Notes under the pieces: model-generated
What the model was told of the DNA's origin: nothing
Database searches by the model: none
Seen by the model: only the letters and a program-made list of their open reading frames with translations
Translations under genes and position numbers: made by a program
Assembly (NCBI GenBank): GCA_951406725.2
Contig: OX597819.1
Location: 33,170,001 to 33,234,000 of the forward strand
Direction of reading: 5' to 3'
DNA length: 64,000 nt
Source: Octopus vulgaris
Lineage: Eukaryota
Shown here: one piece after another, positions 26,441-40,716 of the stretch
How the letters are laid out: the number at the start of each line of letters is the position of its first letter
How positions within the stretch are numbered: the first letter of the stretch is position 1

Positions 26441-26783
26441 TTAAGGATACTCAGAGAGCGCAAGCTTCCGCCAAGGCAACACCAACGTCCTCTCAACGAT
26501 TAGCCAGAGATGATTTTTAAAATGACAATACCTGAAATAAACTCGACTGCTCTCACAAACGAGAATACTAAAAATGAACCCGACCACTCTCAAAAATTAA
26601 GTAAAAAAAAAAAACAGAAAAATAATCCAGAATCCTTGTCCGGTACCGGATTGATCCCAAAATCTAATCAGTTCGTACCAGTCATGAATCCATACAGCGG
26701 TTCTTGAGATATCTTGTCCACGGACAAATACACAAACATGTCTGAAAACAATACCTCCGCTTTCGCTAGGGCAGAGGTAATAA
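26441..26783 (+). mobile_element. Non-autonomous Helentron/DINE-1-like element
   Basis: 5' ctcagagagcgcaagcttccgccaaggc; 3' stem-loop acctccgc...gcagaggt preceded by ggacaaatacacaaac...gaaaacaat. Confidence 0.6.
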
Positions 26784-26926
26784 GCATGAGCTATATGTGG
26801 AATAGTGCCCAGGAAATATTAACCTGCATGCAAGAAATGTCCCCCTATTTCTTCTTTCTCTTGATGTTCATTTAATAGCATAGGATGAGTAAAAAACATC
26901 AAGAATGTCTTTTAAACCATAAACTA

Positions 26927-28207
26927 TTGGGTTGGCAACTAAGTACCCGCCGTTTTTTAAAATTTTTGAATTTATTGCGTTTTTAAATTTTGGAATCTAC
27001 TTTTTCGAGAATTCTATTTAAGAATTATATTGGGATCTTTTTTTTTTTTTCAAGTTAATTTTAGTTAATTTTGGTTTATTTTCAGATCAATATAATGGAA
27101 TATTAACTTGAGAAAAACAAGCATTTTCAACATCTTATTTTTGCTTTTAATCAAGGTTCTAAGGCTGCAAAACCTGCTTGCGACATTTATGCTGTGTATG
27201 GAGAGGGTTCCATAGCTGAAAGAACCGCTCATGATTGGTATGCCATGTTCAAAAATGGGAATTTTGACCTCAAATACGCACCTCGTTCTGGCCGTCCAGT
27301 TGAGTTCTATGAAGAGCGATTAAACCAACTCTTGCACGAAAATTCTCGTCGAACGACAAGGGAACTGGCAGAGAAAAAGGAATGCTCCCGCACTGCTATA
27401 GAGAAGCATCTTCACTCGATGGGTAAGGTTGAGAAGTATGGATCATGGGTTCCGATTGCTTTAAGTGACAACGACAAAAATCAACGAGCCACAATCTTCG
27501 CTGGCTTGCTTGCTCGTCACCGCTCAACTCATGGACACAAGCAACGGTTTCTTTACCGAATCGTTACTGGCGACCAAAAATGGTGCCTGTATATCAATAT
27601 GAAGCAACGTAAGGAATGGCTTAGCTCCGGTAAATTAGCGACACCGCGCATGAAACAAGATCTTCATCCGCGTACAACGATGTTGTGCGTATGGTGGGAC
27701 TGGTAAGGGATTATCCATTACGAATTACTTGAACAGAACTAAACAGTCAATGCGGAACTTTATGTTCAACAGATGGAACGACTCAACGAGGTCATTCAAT
27801 AGGAAAGACCTAATCGCCAGCATGGAGTTCTTCTGCTGCACGACAACGTCCGCCCTAATATCGCCAATATAACCAAGGAAGCCATTCAAACGCATGGCTG
27901 GGAAGTGCTTCCACAACCGTCGTACTCTCCTGATTTGGCACCAACGGATTTCCACTTTTTTCGATCTCTTTCAAATGCTATGCGCGGAGTTTCGTTCAAT
28001 ACTGATGCAGAATTGAGAGTTGGTTGGAGCAATTTTTCGAGTCGAAATCGGGTGACTTCTACCAACGAGGGATTGATAATCTTGTTGAACGTTGGGAAGA
28101 AGGGTGAATACATTATTGATTAATTAGTTGTTATTCTTTATTACACCTTTTTAAAAAAAATTCGAATTTAAAAAAAAAAACCCACGGTAACTTATTTGCC
28201 AACCTAA
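26927..28207 (+). mobile_element. Mariner (DD34D) transposon, full length, defective
   Basis: TIRs ttgggttggcaactaagt / acttatttgccaacctaa, TA TSDs at 26925-26926 and 28208-28209, length about 1.28 kb. Confidence 0.95.
27095..28123 (+). pseudogene. Mariner transposase pseudogene
   Basis: PRSGRP, WVPIAL, IVTGDQKW, LLHDNVRP, YSPDLAPTDF; in-frame stops at about 27704 and about 27800, plus frameshifts. Confidence 0.93.
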
Positions 28208-28850
28208 TATTTTCTCTGTATAAGAAATGTGTAACTTCGTTAAATATTGAATTTAGCTTCATTCATTTGTTTCAAGTTATACTTTTCTGACGATTCGAAA
28301 GGCGGATGAAATAGCGCTATACTTGACTGTCAACATGTAGAAACTTTAAAAACTTTATAATACTTAGGAAAAATATACTAAATGAGTATATTCTCCACAC
28401 CTTCGTTATTCTTTGTTGTAAATTCTAAAAACCTTCAAATTTGCTTCAACTTAGCTTCATCTAGAAGAGATTGCCTCCCTTTTAATAGTTAACTGCCAGA
28501 AGTGCATCACTTGTACTTTAACATATATGAGCCATATATGGAAGACTGTAAACTGTAAGGAAATGGCACTCGTATGAAAATAATTGCTGGTGCCTGGCAT
28601 TGAACAGATGCTGAAAATCATCGAAATGCTAATGTGATTTCTTTTGTAAACGCAAACAACTACTTAAATGATAAATATTTATCAAATACTCAAGAGATGC
28701 CATATGAATCATTTTAACAGAACCGTATCCCCCTGCATGCAGGGAGCCATTAGTAAAATACATTACTTATATTTGTTATAATGTATGTCTCTACATACAT
28801 ACATGCATACATACGTACATTCATGCATATATACATACTTACATACATAC

Positions 28851-28943
<93 letters not shown>

Positions 28944-29689
28944 TATATTATATATGTATGTACGTATTTAGGTAAGTAGGCGTGTGTGTATTTAAATTGC
29001 ACGCATATATATATGTGTGCGTATATACATACAATTACATGTATACATGTGTGTATGTCTCTGTGTGTAATTGTGTGCATACGTTGTACGCATACACACA
29101 CATTTGTGTGAGTGTATGTGTATGTCTTTGTGTGCGTGTGTAAGCGTGTATGTATATATATATATGTGTGTGTATGTGTGCCTGCGTTAGTGTGTGTGTG
29201 TATGTATGTGCAGGAAATGTTCATCCATCATCGACATTAAATGTTGCAGTAACTCCTGAGAACTAACGTTTGCAATATCTTTGTGTAAAAAAATAACTAG
29301 CAAGAGCGAAAGAGAGAGAAAGTAAGAGAGAGAGAGGGAGAGAGGGAGAGGGAGAAAAATAGAGAAAGGTAGAGAGATAGAGAGAGACTGAGAGAGAGAG
29401 CAAATCAGTCGGACAGACACAGAGACAGATAGAGAAATAGAGATGCAGAATAAGCCGATGCGGTATTTTTTTTTATGACAAAATGTTGTTGATCAAACTA
29501 TCCCCAATCCACTGCATTTTAAAGGTTTTCAATTCAATCGCCAGCCATTGTCGAAGATTCAATCTTGAAACTGTCTCTCTAAGAGAAAACCATTTTAGTA
29601 CCGATCCTATGATAATCAACAAAACTAGACATGTTTTTTTTTGGGGTGGTTTTTTTTTTTTTGCATTTCTTTTCCGCCAAAAAAAAAAC

Positions 29690-29774
29690 CATGATGATGA
29701 TGACGATGATGATGATTATGATGATGATGATGGTGATGATGACGACGATGATGATGATGATGGTGATGGTGATG

Positions 29775-29833
<59 letters not shown>

Positions 29834-29986
29834 GTGATGGTGATGACGACGATGATGATGACGATGATGGTGATGATGGTGATGATGACGACGATGATGA
29901 TGACGATGATGGTGATGATAATGATGATGATGATGATGATGATGACGACGATGATGACGACAATGATGTTGATGATAATGATGATG

Positions 29987-30059
<73 letters not shown>

Positions 30060-30068
30060 CGATGATGG

Positions 30069-30110
<42 letters not shown>

Positions 30111-30920
30111 CGATGATGATGACGACGACGATGACGACGACGATGATGGTGATGAAGACGACAACGACGACGACGGCAACGAGGATGATGATGATAATGA
30201 TCATGACGACGATAATGGTGGTGCTGCTTGTGCTGGTGGTGGTGGTGGTCCTGGTGGTGGTGGATGTTGTTGTTGTTGGTGGTGGTGGTGGATGTTGTTG
30301 TTGCTGGTGGTGGTGGATGTTGGTGGTGGTTGTGGTGGTGGTGGTGGGTGGTAATGATGAAGAAGATGGTGACGGTGCCGACGACGACGAAGATGATGGT
30401 GCCGACGACGACGACAAAAGATGATGATGATGATGATGATAATGATAATGATGATGATGATGATGATGTTGACGACAATGATGGTGGTCACGATCATGAC
30501 AGTGATCATGATTCTGGTGGTTATGGTGGTGGTGGAGTTGGTTGACATTGGTATGGTGATGGTGGTGGTGATGGTGATCCTGGTGGTGGTGGTGGTGGTG
30601 GTGGAGTTGGTAGTGAGGAGGAGGAGGAAGAAAAGCATGAAGATGCTTAAGGATGAGGAGGTTCTTGCTGGTGGTGCTACTATTATTGTTATAGTTATTG
30701 TCGGTGATAGTGGTGGTGGTGGTGAAGGTGGTGGTGGTGGTGGTGCTGCTGCTGCTGCTGCTGCTGCCGCTACAGGTGTTTGTGTCGGTGGCGGCGATGG
30801 TTGTTCTAGTGCTGGTGCTATGTTAAAAATAGCATTGTGGTATTGAAGAAATTGGCGGTGATAGCGATGGTGATGGTGATGGTGATGAATGATGATGCTT
30901 ATAACGGTGACGATGATAAC
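29690..30920. repeat. Compound trinucleotide satellite (GAT/GAC/GGT/GCT), about 1.2 kb
   Basis: Direct reading; source of the poly-D/M/H/S/V ORFs. Confidence 0.97.
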
Positions 30921-31279
30921 GATACTGGAGTCAATACTATAGAGTCAATAGAGTCAAATGATAAATAATCGTTGACTCTTACTTCACGTGTTGCCTGTTT
31001 GAACACACACACACATACACACACACACACATATAAACACAAATATTCATAATACATACATACATACAAAAATATACATACATACATGTGTATATATATA
31101 TATGCATATATGCACACACACAGACACAGACTCACAGACAGACATACACTAACACACACGCACACATCGCGATAAACATGCGTGTCCGCATACATACATG
31201 TCCGCATGCCCCCTATGAATAATTGAACACAACATAAACAATGAATGTGTGTAGGTGTGTATGAGAGGTCAAATGTGTA

Positions 31280-31315
31280 TTACACACGGAAACACACACT
31301 CATACACACATACGC

Positions 31316-31368
<53 letters not shown>

Positions 31369-31720
31369 ATATATATATGTATATCATATAATTATATATA
31401 TAAATGCATATATGTATGTGTATAAGTGTATGTATATGTACATACATGTACATATAAACATATATATATACATACATATATGTATACATATATATATATA
31501 TGTAAATGTATATTCATATACATATATTTATATATGAATACATACATACATACATATATACATACATATATATATATATGTATATATATATATATTCATA
31601 TACATATATATATACATACATATATATAAGTACAAGTATATATACGCTTGTGTATATGCATATACATGTGTACATGTGTTTGTAGTCGTATATATATATA
31701 TATATATATATATATACAAA
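31280..31720. repeat. (TA)/(TACA) low-complexity block, representative of many such CA/TA/TATG blocks in the window
   Basis: Direct reading. Similar blocks at 180-940, 13720-13925, 15535-15750, 22560-23140, 28780-29210, 32210-32580, 35648-35755, 37830-38040, 52000-52230 and 53440-53590. Confidence 0.97.
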
Positions 31721-32193
31721 TCTTATACACAAGCATGTATAATTGTGTATATTATATTATCATATTCGAATATTCACTGTCCATCAACTGGAAACTGGAC
31801 GTGGAATGCACACATTAATAACAGAATAATATCTGCCTGCATTCTGCCATCAACCTTCTTCATACTTAGTCACCTTGCCTCCTTTCCCTCTCTTTTAACT
31901 TCCTCTTTCCTTCCCTTCTTTTTTTTTCTTCTCCCCACCCCCGTCTCCTGCTTATGGTTATTGTTATTACTATTATTCGCAATAATCCCACTCTCGCTGC
32001 CAGCACCGACGTTACAGCATTTCTATGTCGAGCTGCACCATTGCCTAACAGAAATTATATTAGATGAAGGAAATATCATCTCTGTCAGATGAAGGTAAAG
32101 AATGCGATGACTGTGAATGAAAGGTTCCAACAATTGCCTTTTATCGTCATCTGATTAATTCTGTTTGGAAACGAAAGCCCCTATTGTATTAAG

Positions 32194-32201
32194 TGACGTC
32201 A
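32194..32201. promoter_or_regulatory. Perfect CRE palindrome TGACGTCA (within gtgacgtcac)
   Basis: Motif match only, in unique sequence next to ctattgt (Sox-like); function unsupported. Confidence 0.2.
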
Positions 32202-32254
32202 CGTAGGTATGTATGCATACACGTAATACATATGCAACACACATGTACACAGAG

Positions 32255-32317
<63 letters not shown>

Positions 32318-32745
32318 TGAATATATATGTATTTATATATATATATATATGTTATAGATGTATGTATGTATCTATGTATGTATATATATGTGTGTATGTA
32401 TATATATATATATATATATATATGAGTACATTTACAAGTATATATGTATGTCTATACACAAATATGCTGACGTGTACATGCACTGCACAAGTGTACATAG
32501 ACACATATACATATACACACATAAACACGCATATACAAACACGCACCTACACACATATACATACACATATCTACTACATATGTGGGAAAGTCTGTCTGTA
32601 GGTCTGTTTGTGGAGTTGTTAGCTAATTCTTCCTATATCATTTTATCGATTTTGTTGACACATGAGTAGAACTCATGTCTGGAAACCTCATGACATACTC
32701 AGATTCTTGTAAAAATCGATAATAGAGCGCTGGAAGGGATCCATG

Positions 32746-32769
<24 letters not shown>

Positions 32770-32786
<17 letters not shown>

Positions 32787-33467
32787 ATATTTCATTTTAG
32801 CAACCAAAGGGAAATAACCCATTCGCCCAGATTTTAACAGCCAAGAGAAATAACCCATTCATTTTCCTAAATCATTTGGTATAAATCAAATTGAGTATGC
32901 TTATTTCTTAGTATATATTTCTTAGTATTTGAACTATTAGAGCTATTTTCACAATTTATCCAGTACAACCCTGAAACAAGTAAATAATATTTTCCTAAAC
33001 AAGAGATCCACTTATTTCGGTTAGTGACTTATTCACGAATATACCAACACTAGCGCCGCTAAGGGTAATATTCTCTGGGAACGCACAAAAGCCCTTTTCA
33101 GAGTTATTTACTTTGAATTGTTATTATCTCATATCTGATTAGCCTGTTATTACATAACATGCTTCAAGACTTTAGTACACATACCTTATTAGTATTTCCT
33201 CATAAGTCCTATATACTCAGGGAACGCATAAAAGCCATTTTCGGGACAACTTTATTTGAATTCTTACTATCGGGTAACTAATTTCATCTTATTACATAAC
33301 TGACTTCACAATTTGGGTATTCATAACTTATTGGGGAATTACTAAAAAAACCGTTTTAAGGTCTATATACTTTGTATTGTTGTTAATGGATTACCGAAAC
33401 AATTATGAGAACGGAATTATGAGGGATAAGCCCCGCTTCCCCGGGAAGTACCGGGTACATCAGCTAG
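32770..33467 (+). mobile_element. Non-autonomous Helitron-like element
   Basis: 3' end ccgggaagtaccgggtacatcagCTAG|t; internal direct repeats (gaaataacccattc x2; gggaacgca.aaaagcc.tttc x2); starts in a TA tract. Confidence 0.6.
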
Positions 33468-33716
33468 TATTCACATATGTTTGTATGTATGTCATTGCCA
33501 ATAGAGAAAGAGTGGGTTTCTAAGCTAGATCCAAGGGTATTTTTTAGTGTATGTATGTATGTATGTATGTATGTATGTATGTATGTATGTATGTATGTAT
33601 GTATGTATGCATGCATGTATGTATGTGTGCAGATTTTCATGTTTTGTTTTATGTATACTTTCCCACGCATATATTTGCATATCAACACATGCTCATATAT
33701 ACTTAAATGATAAGCA

Positions 33717-33949
33717 GGGCGGTGAGCTGGAAAAATCATTAGCACGACGGGTGAAATCTTTAGCGGTATTTCGTCTGCCGTTACATTCTGAGTTCAAATT
33801 CCGCCGAGGTCGATTTGCCTTTCATCCTTTCGGGGTCGATTAAATAAGTACCAGTTACGCACTGGGGTCGAGGTAATCAACTTAATCCCTTTGTCTGTTC
33901 TTGTTTGTCCCCTCTATGTTTAGCCCCCTATGGGCAATAAAAAGAAATA
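33717..33949 (+). mobile_element. Nin/Deu-domain SINE (tail type 2), full length
   Basis: Head, Nin core and tail tttgtctgttcttgtttgtcccctct...gccccctatgggc...gaaata; flanking direct repeat taaatgataagc (33704-33715, 33954-33965). Confidence 0.9.
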
Positions 33950-34021
33950 TGCCTAAATGATAAGCTTCTGGAAAGTTTTATAGATTTTTGTGTTTACATT
34001 TTATTGAGGTCTCCACTGGGA

Positions 34022-35410
34022 CATTCTACCAGCACTACTTTTTATTATGAGTCGCTATGGCTTCTACCATACTGTGGGTTCTTATTTCTTTGTCCTCGGG
34101 GTTAACTTTCCGACGGATTTCATTATTGACTCTCTTAGCTACAATATCATGTCTCATCGGTAGATAATACTGTGATGACATTTTCAGACAACTGCTTATG
34201 ATGCGGGTGATATCTTCGGTGTTAACTCCACAAAGACTGCATCGGTTGTCAGATTTTACTGCTTTTACTGCATCTCTACCATTTTGTGCATCAGATATTC
34301 GGTTGGTATTTCTTGTTCCTGGATTGCAAATGAATATACTGCAAAGTGGGAGATAGTTATCCGGTTTTTGGTCCATGATAGACTGCTTTGATGATCGATA
34401 TTACTATCATCTCGGAACATTCTACTATAGCAATGCATAGTCTTCTGCTCATGTCGGCTCATCTTTTCATCCGATGATACATTGCAGTAGAGTCGTGCGA
34501 CTTCTTTCGGCTTGTATTCTAGGTTCTCAGGCAAGGAATGTTGCTCAAGGTGCTGCCTTCCAAATATTATGATATTATCAGCCTCACGTATGAAAACTTG
34601 GTCAAGGGATGCACTTCGACACTTGGTGGTCAAAAGATGTAGTGTAGCCGAAGGGATATCATACGACATTCAAGGGCATTTTGGATCAATTTTAAACCTC
34701 TGCTGTCTTGTTTTCGTTTTAGGTAGAGGCGTCTACATCAGTGTTTATGTGGAAATTATGTGTGCTTGTTAGTATTTTGGGGGTTTTCACATCAGTGGCT
34801 CGGATCTCATCAAACATCCAATCAAGCAGCCCGAATATTGGTATGAGTACTGGCACTGTAAACACATTGTGGGCCACTGTTTTATTGAATGCAGATAGTT
34901 CTGAGGTCCAAATTTTCTTTATTTGGCCGCAATATTCTTTAGTGACACATGTTTTGTTATAGGTGCCATTGTAAGATATATTTTCATCCACCCTTAGATA
35001 CATTCCTCGTCAGATATGGGGGAAACAATCAAATTATTGATGGAGATGTTACTAGTCTGGTTTATAGTTCTCCCCCTTTTCACAACCATATAACAACATT
35101 TATTCTGACCACTCTCCAATCCTACATCCTTTGAAAATGTTGTAACTAGTTGAAGGCTCTTTTTCATCTCATGCATATTCTTTGCATAAAGTCATCTACA
35201 AAGAAACGCTGCGTACTTTTGGTATTTCTGTTTCCTTATGAACCAGTGTGATATCCTTCAGATTTTCTTGACATGAATGACAAGGGGTTTACAGAAAGTA
35301 TAAACAACACAACAGAAAGGCTGTCCCCTTGGAATATGCCTTTGCGATAATGTATTCTATCAGTGATAATGCAGTCACTCTTTGTGATTAATTTCAAGAT
35401 GGTGGCCCAC
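34022..35410 (-). mobile_element. Decayed R4/Dong-like non-LTR retrotransposon (RT + CCHC region)
   Basis: KGIFQGDSLSVVLFILSVNPLS, FVDD, FAIQEQEI, CSLC...EDITRIISSC...RHDIVAK; multiple frameshifts. Confidence 0.88.
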
Positions 35411-35660
35411 GATGAAATATGTATGTATAATTGTATGCATGGATATGTATTTATATGTGTGAGTGTGTGTATAAATGTATATATATATATATTGTGTGTA
35501 CAAATAGCAACTACATGTACAATTGCTATTGTAGTGTTTGGAGCTAGAGTAACTTATTGCAATAAAATGTTTCCTGATGATCCAACCAACTTCACTGGTG
35601 AAATGTACGTGGGAACGATAATATAAGCTCATGTTTATCTTCATCTCGTGTGTGTGTGTG

Positions 35661-35755
<95 letters not shown>

Positions 35756-36407
35756 TTTACATTTAGATCGAAGTTTAGAATCATCGGGAAACATGGAGAT
35801 GAAAAGATACTTATTACGAAGTACTTCGAATGTGAAAGCCGCTATAAATAATAGCTCAAAACAGATTATGTCAAAAATATGTTTTAGATGAGTAAATTAT
35901 GATCTTGCAGCCAAGGAATCCTGTCAAGATTTGGTGTAGGAAGATAAATTCTGAGTGTGTGAGTGTAATGCATTTTGGAACGTGAATAACTAATTCCTGT
36001 TGTTTCACCATCGGAGAACACCTTCTTTCTTTAGATGATGGTGTGTATAATGCAAGTGATTCACTGGGAACTTCGAAGCCGCGTCACAGCCGGACCAATG
36101 AGCACCAGCTCATGTTTATAGGAATCACGAAACAAATAATAATTCGATGATGAACCGGAAAATCCAAACAATAACGAAAACTCGAAAATCAAAAGAATAA
36201 CTTATCTGTTCATTCTTAAATATGTTCTGAAAGATTCGAACGTGAATTATTGATCGCTACATCAATCTAAAGGGAAGAGTCGTTCTCTGGGGCCTAAAAA
36301 AACCCAGTGATTTGACATTCACGTCCGAATCTGCCAAAACGTATAAAGGAGGAACAGATACATTATCATTAAATATTTGTCGTTTAGTGATTATGTCCTA
36401 TCAGTAG

Positions 36408-36794
36408 GTGGAGGCGCAATGGCCCAGTGGTTAGGGCAGCGGACTCGCGGTCGTAGGATCGCGGTTTCGATTCCCAGACCGGGTGTTGTGAGTGTTTATT
36501 GAGCGAAAACACCTAAAGCTCCACGAGGCTCCGGCAGGGATGGTGGTGATCCCTGCTGTACTCTTTCACTACAACTTTCTCTCACTCTTACTTCCTGTTT
36601 CTGTTGTACCTGTATTTCAAAGGGCCGGCCTTGTCACTCTCTGTGTCACGCTGAATATCCCCGAGAACTACGTTAAGGGTACACGTGTCTGTGGAGTGCT
36701 CAGCCACTTACACGTTAATTTCACGAGCAGGCTGTTCCGTTGATCGGTTCAACCGGAACCCTCATCTTCGTAACCGACGGAGTGCTTCCATCCA
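36408..36794 (+). mobile_element. tRNA-derived SINE family C, young full-length copy
   Basis: A box tggcccagtgg, B box ggtttcgattcc; 12-bp TSD tcctatcagtag (36396-36407, 36795-36806). Confidence 0.92.
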
Positions 36795-37590
36795 TCCTAT
36801 CAGTAGACACCTTGACCTAATTCAGCTTCTTCGAAGTAGTTATTTCATAAGCGTTAATTTATATTCTTGTGCAAGTCATATCAGACACTCTCAGACTCTT
36901 CCTTATTTTACTTGAATCCTTACGTCGAAAATTCCAATTCCATAGCATGACCACAGTCAAACGACAGAAAACAGCAAAAGAAAATTCATGATTTTATTCA
37001 TTGCGTTAATTCTCATATTTCCAAACGAGAAATAACAAGAAATCGTGGTGGTGGTGGTGGTGGTGGGGGGGGAGATTCTGACATTAGGGCGGTTATGTTT
37101 TTAGAATCCGTTTTGAGGTCGGTTTTCCTATGGTTTACCTTCGCATGAGAGTATCAATAACTTTTAATATAACAATATTTTTGCAGAGATCGAAGGCAGA
37201 ATAACTGCACGAGACAATAGGATGTCACAGTTGAAATTTGTGTTAACCAATTCGGTTTTAAACTGATTCGAATTCATATTCTGACTGGATCAATTTTTTA
37301 TCTTTTATCATTTGATTCCTCGGTGGTTGAAACAAGCGGCAGCAATGTACTTGGATCGATTTCCTCAAGTGTACAAAAATAGATAAATAAAATAAGCCTC
37401 CTTTTAAGCAAAAACAAAATCAATAATGGTTGTTTTAACGTGATTCTTTTTTCCGGTGAAGGGAAATGGGATGTTGTAGTGTTCATGCATTTCGCAAATA
37501 TATTAGCGAAAACATTTTGTAAATCATCCGCACCGACGACATTATTATATCTTTTTATCCAAATAGATAATGAAATAACAATTTACTTAC

Positions 37591-37781
37591 TTAATATAAG
37601 CATTCAGAAAGAAAAAAAATCAATTGTAAGAGAGGACATAGAATGACATGTTGAGGTTTGTGTTTAAAGAAAGACGTTTGATTAATATAACGGATTAGTT
37701 GTCAGAACCACTAAACTTGGTGAAAGACAAAGGTGGAAAATTCGCTGAAGGTCGTCGGAATAATGAAGCCGAAAATGTTTT
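37591..37781 (-). other. Candidate non-coding (5' UTR) exon
   Basis: Acceptor attttctctatctgtag| at 37782 and donor AA|gtaagt at 37590; no through ORF seen. Confidence 0.3.
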
Positions 37782-37834
37782 CTACAGATAGAGAAAATAT
37801 ATAGTTTAATCGGCACTGCGTATGCGCTCGCACA

Positions 37835-37955
<121 letters not shown>

Positions 37956-39290
37956 ACATTCACACACACACACAAACACGTACACCCATTTACATCACAC
38001 ATACATACATATATATATACATACATTCATACACACATAAGCTCTTTCAGTTTTGCATCTAATCATACACTGACTGCATTACATTTATCTGTTTTATCTC
38101 GGAAGACCTAAAGAATCTGGTCTAAAAAAAAACATTAAAGTACATCGCCTGTGATGCAGGTCACGTGGCTTCAACAGAATCAATTCCTAAAGTATGGCGA
38201 CAAAATTAGTTACTTTCCGCTCTCTACACACTTCCGAGCGAAATAAAACATGGAAATTGGTATGAATGTTGAAAATATAGGAGACAAGCACACCAATAAT
38301 ATATTATGATTCATACCCTTTTTGTCTTCTTTGTTCTTTTCCCTCCGCTTTATCACCCTACTATCGTGTTTCTTTTCCTTTTGTTCCTTCCTACTTTTCT
38401 CTATGGATGTTTCTCGTTCATTCCACCTAATGCGCGATCGATATGTTCACCTTCTCATTTATTCTTTGCTCTCCCACTGTTTCTGGCTAACCTTTTTATT
38501 TATTTTCTTGGTTATTCTTTCTCATTTTTGTTCGTTTCTCTTTACCTTTTTCTTTTCTATTTTGTCTGACTTTTTTTTTAAAATTCATGCCCTATTTATT
38601 GTTGATTCTCTTCTCATTCATTTTTATTTATATTTTTTGTTGTTGTTTCTACACCCACTTACTTCCTACTTTATCGTCTGTGATGTATCCGACTTCTTTA
38701 TACCTTCTCTTGTTGCCAACACTAATCTGGTGCATTACAAATATCATATTTAGTTTAGGATGTTCAAATTTTGTGTCATCAATTAAGTAACAAAAGCCCC
38801 TTTTGTTTTATATCCTCAACTACTTTGTAGGGCTTTTCTTTCGTTGCCCAGAATTACAGTTGGATCAACGTTTTGAAGTTGGAATAGATCAGTAAGAAAT
38901 TTTCTTAGGAAATATTAGATGCAGGATGCCTATACATATATTCTCTTTTCCAACTCATGGTTAGTTATTATACGAAGATAAAATTAGGATATTTAGGTTT
39001 TGCCTTTATAGAATATCTCTAAAATACACCAGAGTGAATGATTTGCAGAAGATACGATAATTATGACTTATTTTTCAGAGGAGGGAAGATAAAAAATGCT
39101 ATATAATTCTTCGATTCACTACCTCCGACCAAATAAAGTACATCAATAACGTCAGTGAAGCGATGTAATGCAAGACAAACAGCGGACGTTTAAACCTATT
39201 GGGATATTCTCTAGATAGGGTTAATGGTGATAAGAAAACTAAAAATCATAACCCAGTCTCTGCTTTCTTTCAATGCCTGTAGCTACAGTT

Positions 39291-39676
39291 GATGGAAGCA
39301 CTCCGTCGGTTACGACGACGAGGGTTCCGGTTGATCCGAATCAACGGAACAGCCTGCTCGTGAAATTAACGTGTAAGTGGCTGAGCACTCCACAGACACG
39401 TGTACCTTTAACGTAGTTCTCGGGGATATTCAGCGTGACACAGAGAGTGACAAGGCCGGCCCTTTGAAATACAGGTACAACAGAAACAGGAAGTAAGAGT
39501 GAGAGAAAGTTGTGGTGAAAGAGTTCAGCAGGGATCACCACCATCCCCTGCCGGAGCCTCGTGGAACTTTAGGTGTTTTCGCTCAATAAACACTCACAAC
39601 GCCCGGTCTGGGAATCGAAACCGCGATCCTATGACCGCGAGTCCGCTGCCCTAACCACTGGGCCATTGCGCCTCCA
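39291..39676 (-). mobile_element. tRNA-derived SINE family C, young full-length copy
   Basis: Near-identical inverse of 36408-36791; 14-bp TSD ctgtagctacagtt (39277-39290, 39677-39690). Confidence 0.92.
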
Positions 39677-39844
39677 CTGTAGCTACAGTTAAGATAGTGG
39701 TGACTGTAAATATTCGAAATACTTATTTTCTTCTATGGAAAATTATTTCTTTCGTCTATTATTCATCCTATTGTAACACAGTATAAACATGCTTGTACTC
39801 AATGAGAGAAAACCGGTAGTTGAGTGTTTCAATTAAACTATATT

Positions 39845-40291
39845 TCATTCTTTTATTCTTTTACCTGTTTCAGTCATTGGACTGCGACTATTCTGGAGTA
39901 CCGGCTTAAAGAGCTTTAGTCGAAGAAATCAACTCCAAGTCTAATTCTTTAAAAGCTTCGTACTTATTCTATCAGTCTCTTTTGCCGAACCGCTAAGTTA
40001 CGTGGATATAAACACAGTAGCATCGGTTATCAGGCGATGACGTGGGTTGGGGGAACAAACACAGACAAACACACACGGACGCACGCGCGCACGCACACAC
40101 TCACACACACACATACTCACTCACACACATACGACGGGCTTTGCGTCTGCTAAATCCACCCACTTACAAGGCTTATAGTCGGTCCGACGCTATAGTAGAA
40201 GACTCTTGACCAAGGCGCCATTCAGTGGAACTGAACTCAAAACCATGTGGTTGGGAAGCAAGTTTCTTACCACACAGCCATGTCTGCGCCT
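39845..40291 (-). mobile_element. SINE family A, older copy
   Basis: Reverse-complement similarity to 9140-9557 over its full length. Confidence 0.85.
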
Positions 40292-40504
40292 ATAGGGCGT
40301 GAAGCCTCGACCCGCAAGCAGAGCGGGCGCCGGCGGTGTGGGGCCGTGACTGCTGTTGAACGCCTTTTTGCGAGCCGACGCCCGGGTGCGATCTGCGATC
40401 GCGGCTTCGGCTGCATGTATGTCAATATGTTAATTTTTCTGCAGGCATTTTCCAAGATTTTTCGCGCTGGGAATTTAGCCCTGAGATAGTATACCATCAA
40501 TACA

Positions 40505-40716
40505 TATTTCTATATTGCCCACAAGAGGCTAAACACAGAGAGGACAAACAAGGACAGACAAACGGATTAAGTCGATTATATCGACCCCAGTGCGTCACTG
40601 GTACTTATTTAATCGACCCCGAAAGGAAGAAAGGCAAAGTCGACCTCGGCGGAATTTGAACTCAGAACGAAGCGGCAGACGAAGTACCCCTAAGCATTTC
40701 GTCTGGCGTGCTAACC
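40505..40716 (-). mobile_element. Nin/Deu-domain SINE (tail type 2)
   Basis: gcccacaagaggctaaacacagagaggacaaacaaggacagacaaa tail plus Nin core. Confidence 0.88.

Noticed and set aside
29483-30846. Long poly-Asp/Met/His/Ser/Val ORFs of up to 313 aa
   Set aside because: Products of GAT/GGT trinucleotide satellite, open in several frames on both strands; the frame shifts between D and M runs.
36408-36485. tRNA gene-like sequence (also the other SINE heads)
   Set aside because: A/B boxes are present but continue into a SINE body with tail and TSD; no proper acceptor stem or terminator.
38306-38790. Hydrophobic membrane-protein-like ORFs
   Set aside because: Caused by T-rich low complexity and open in several frames.
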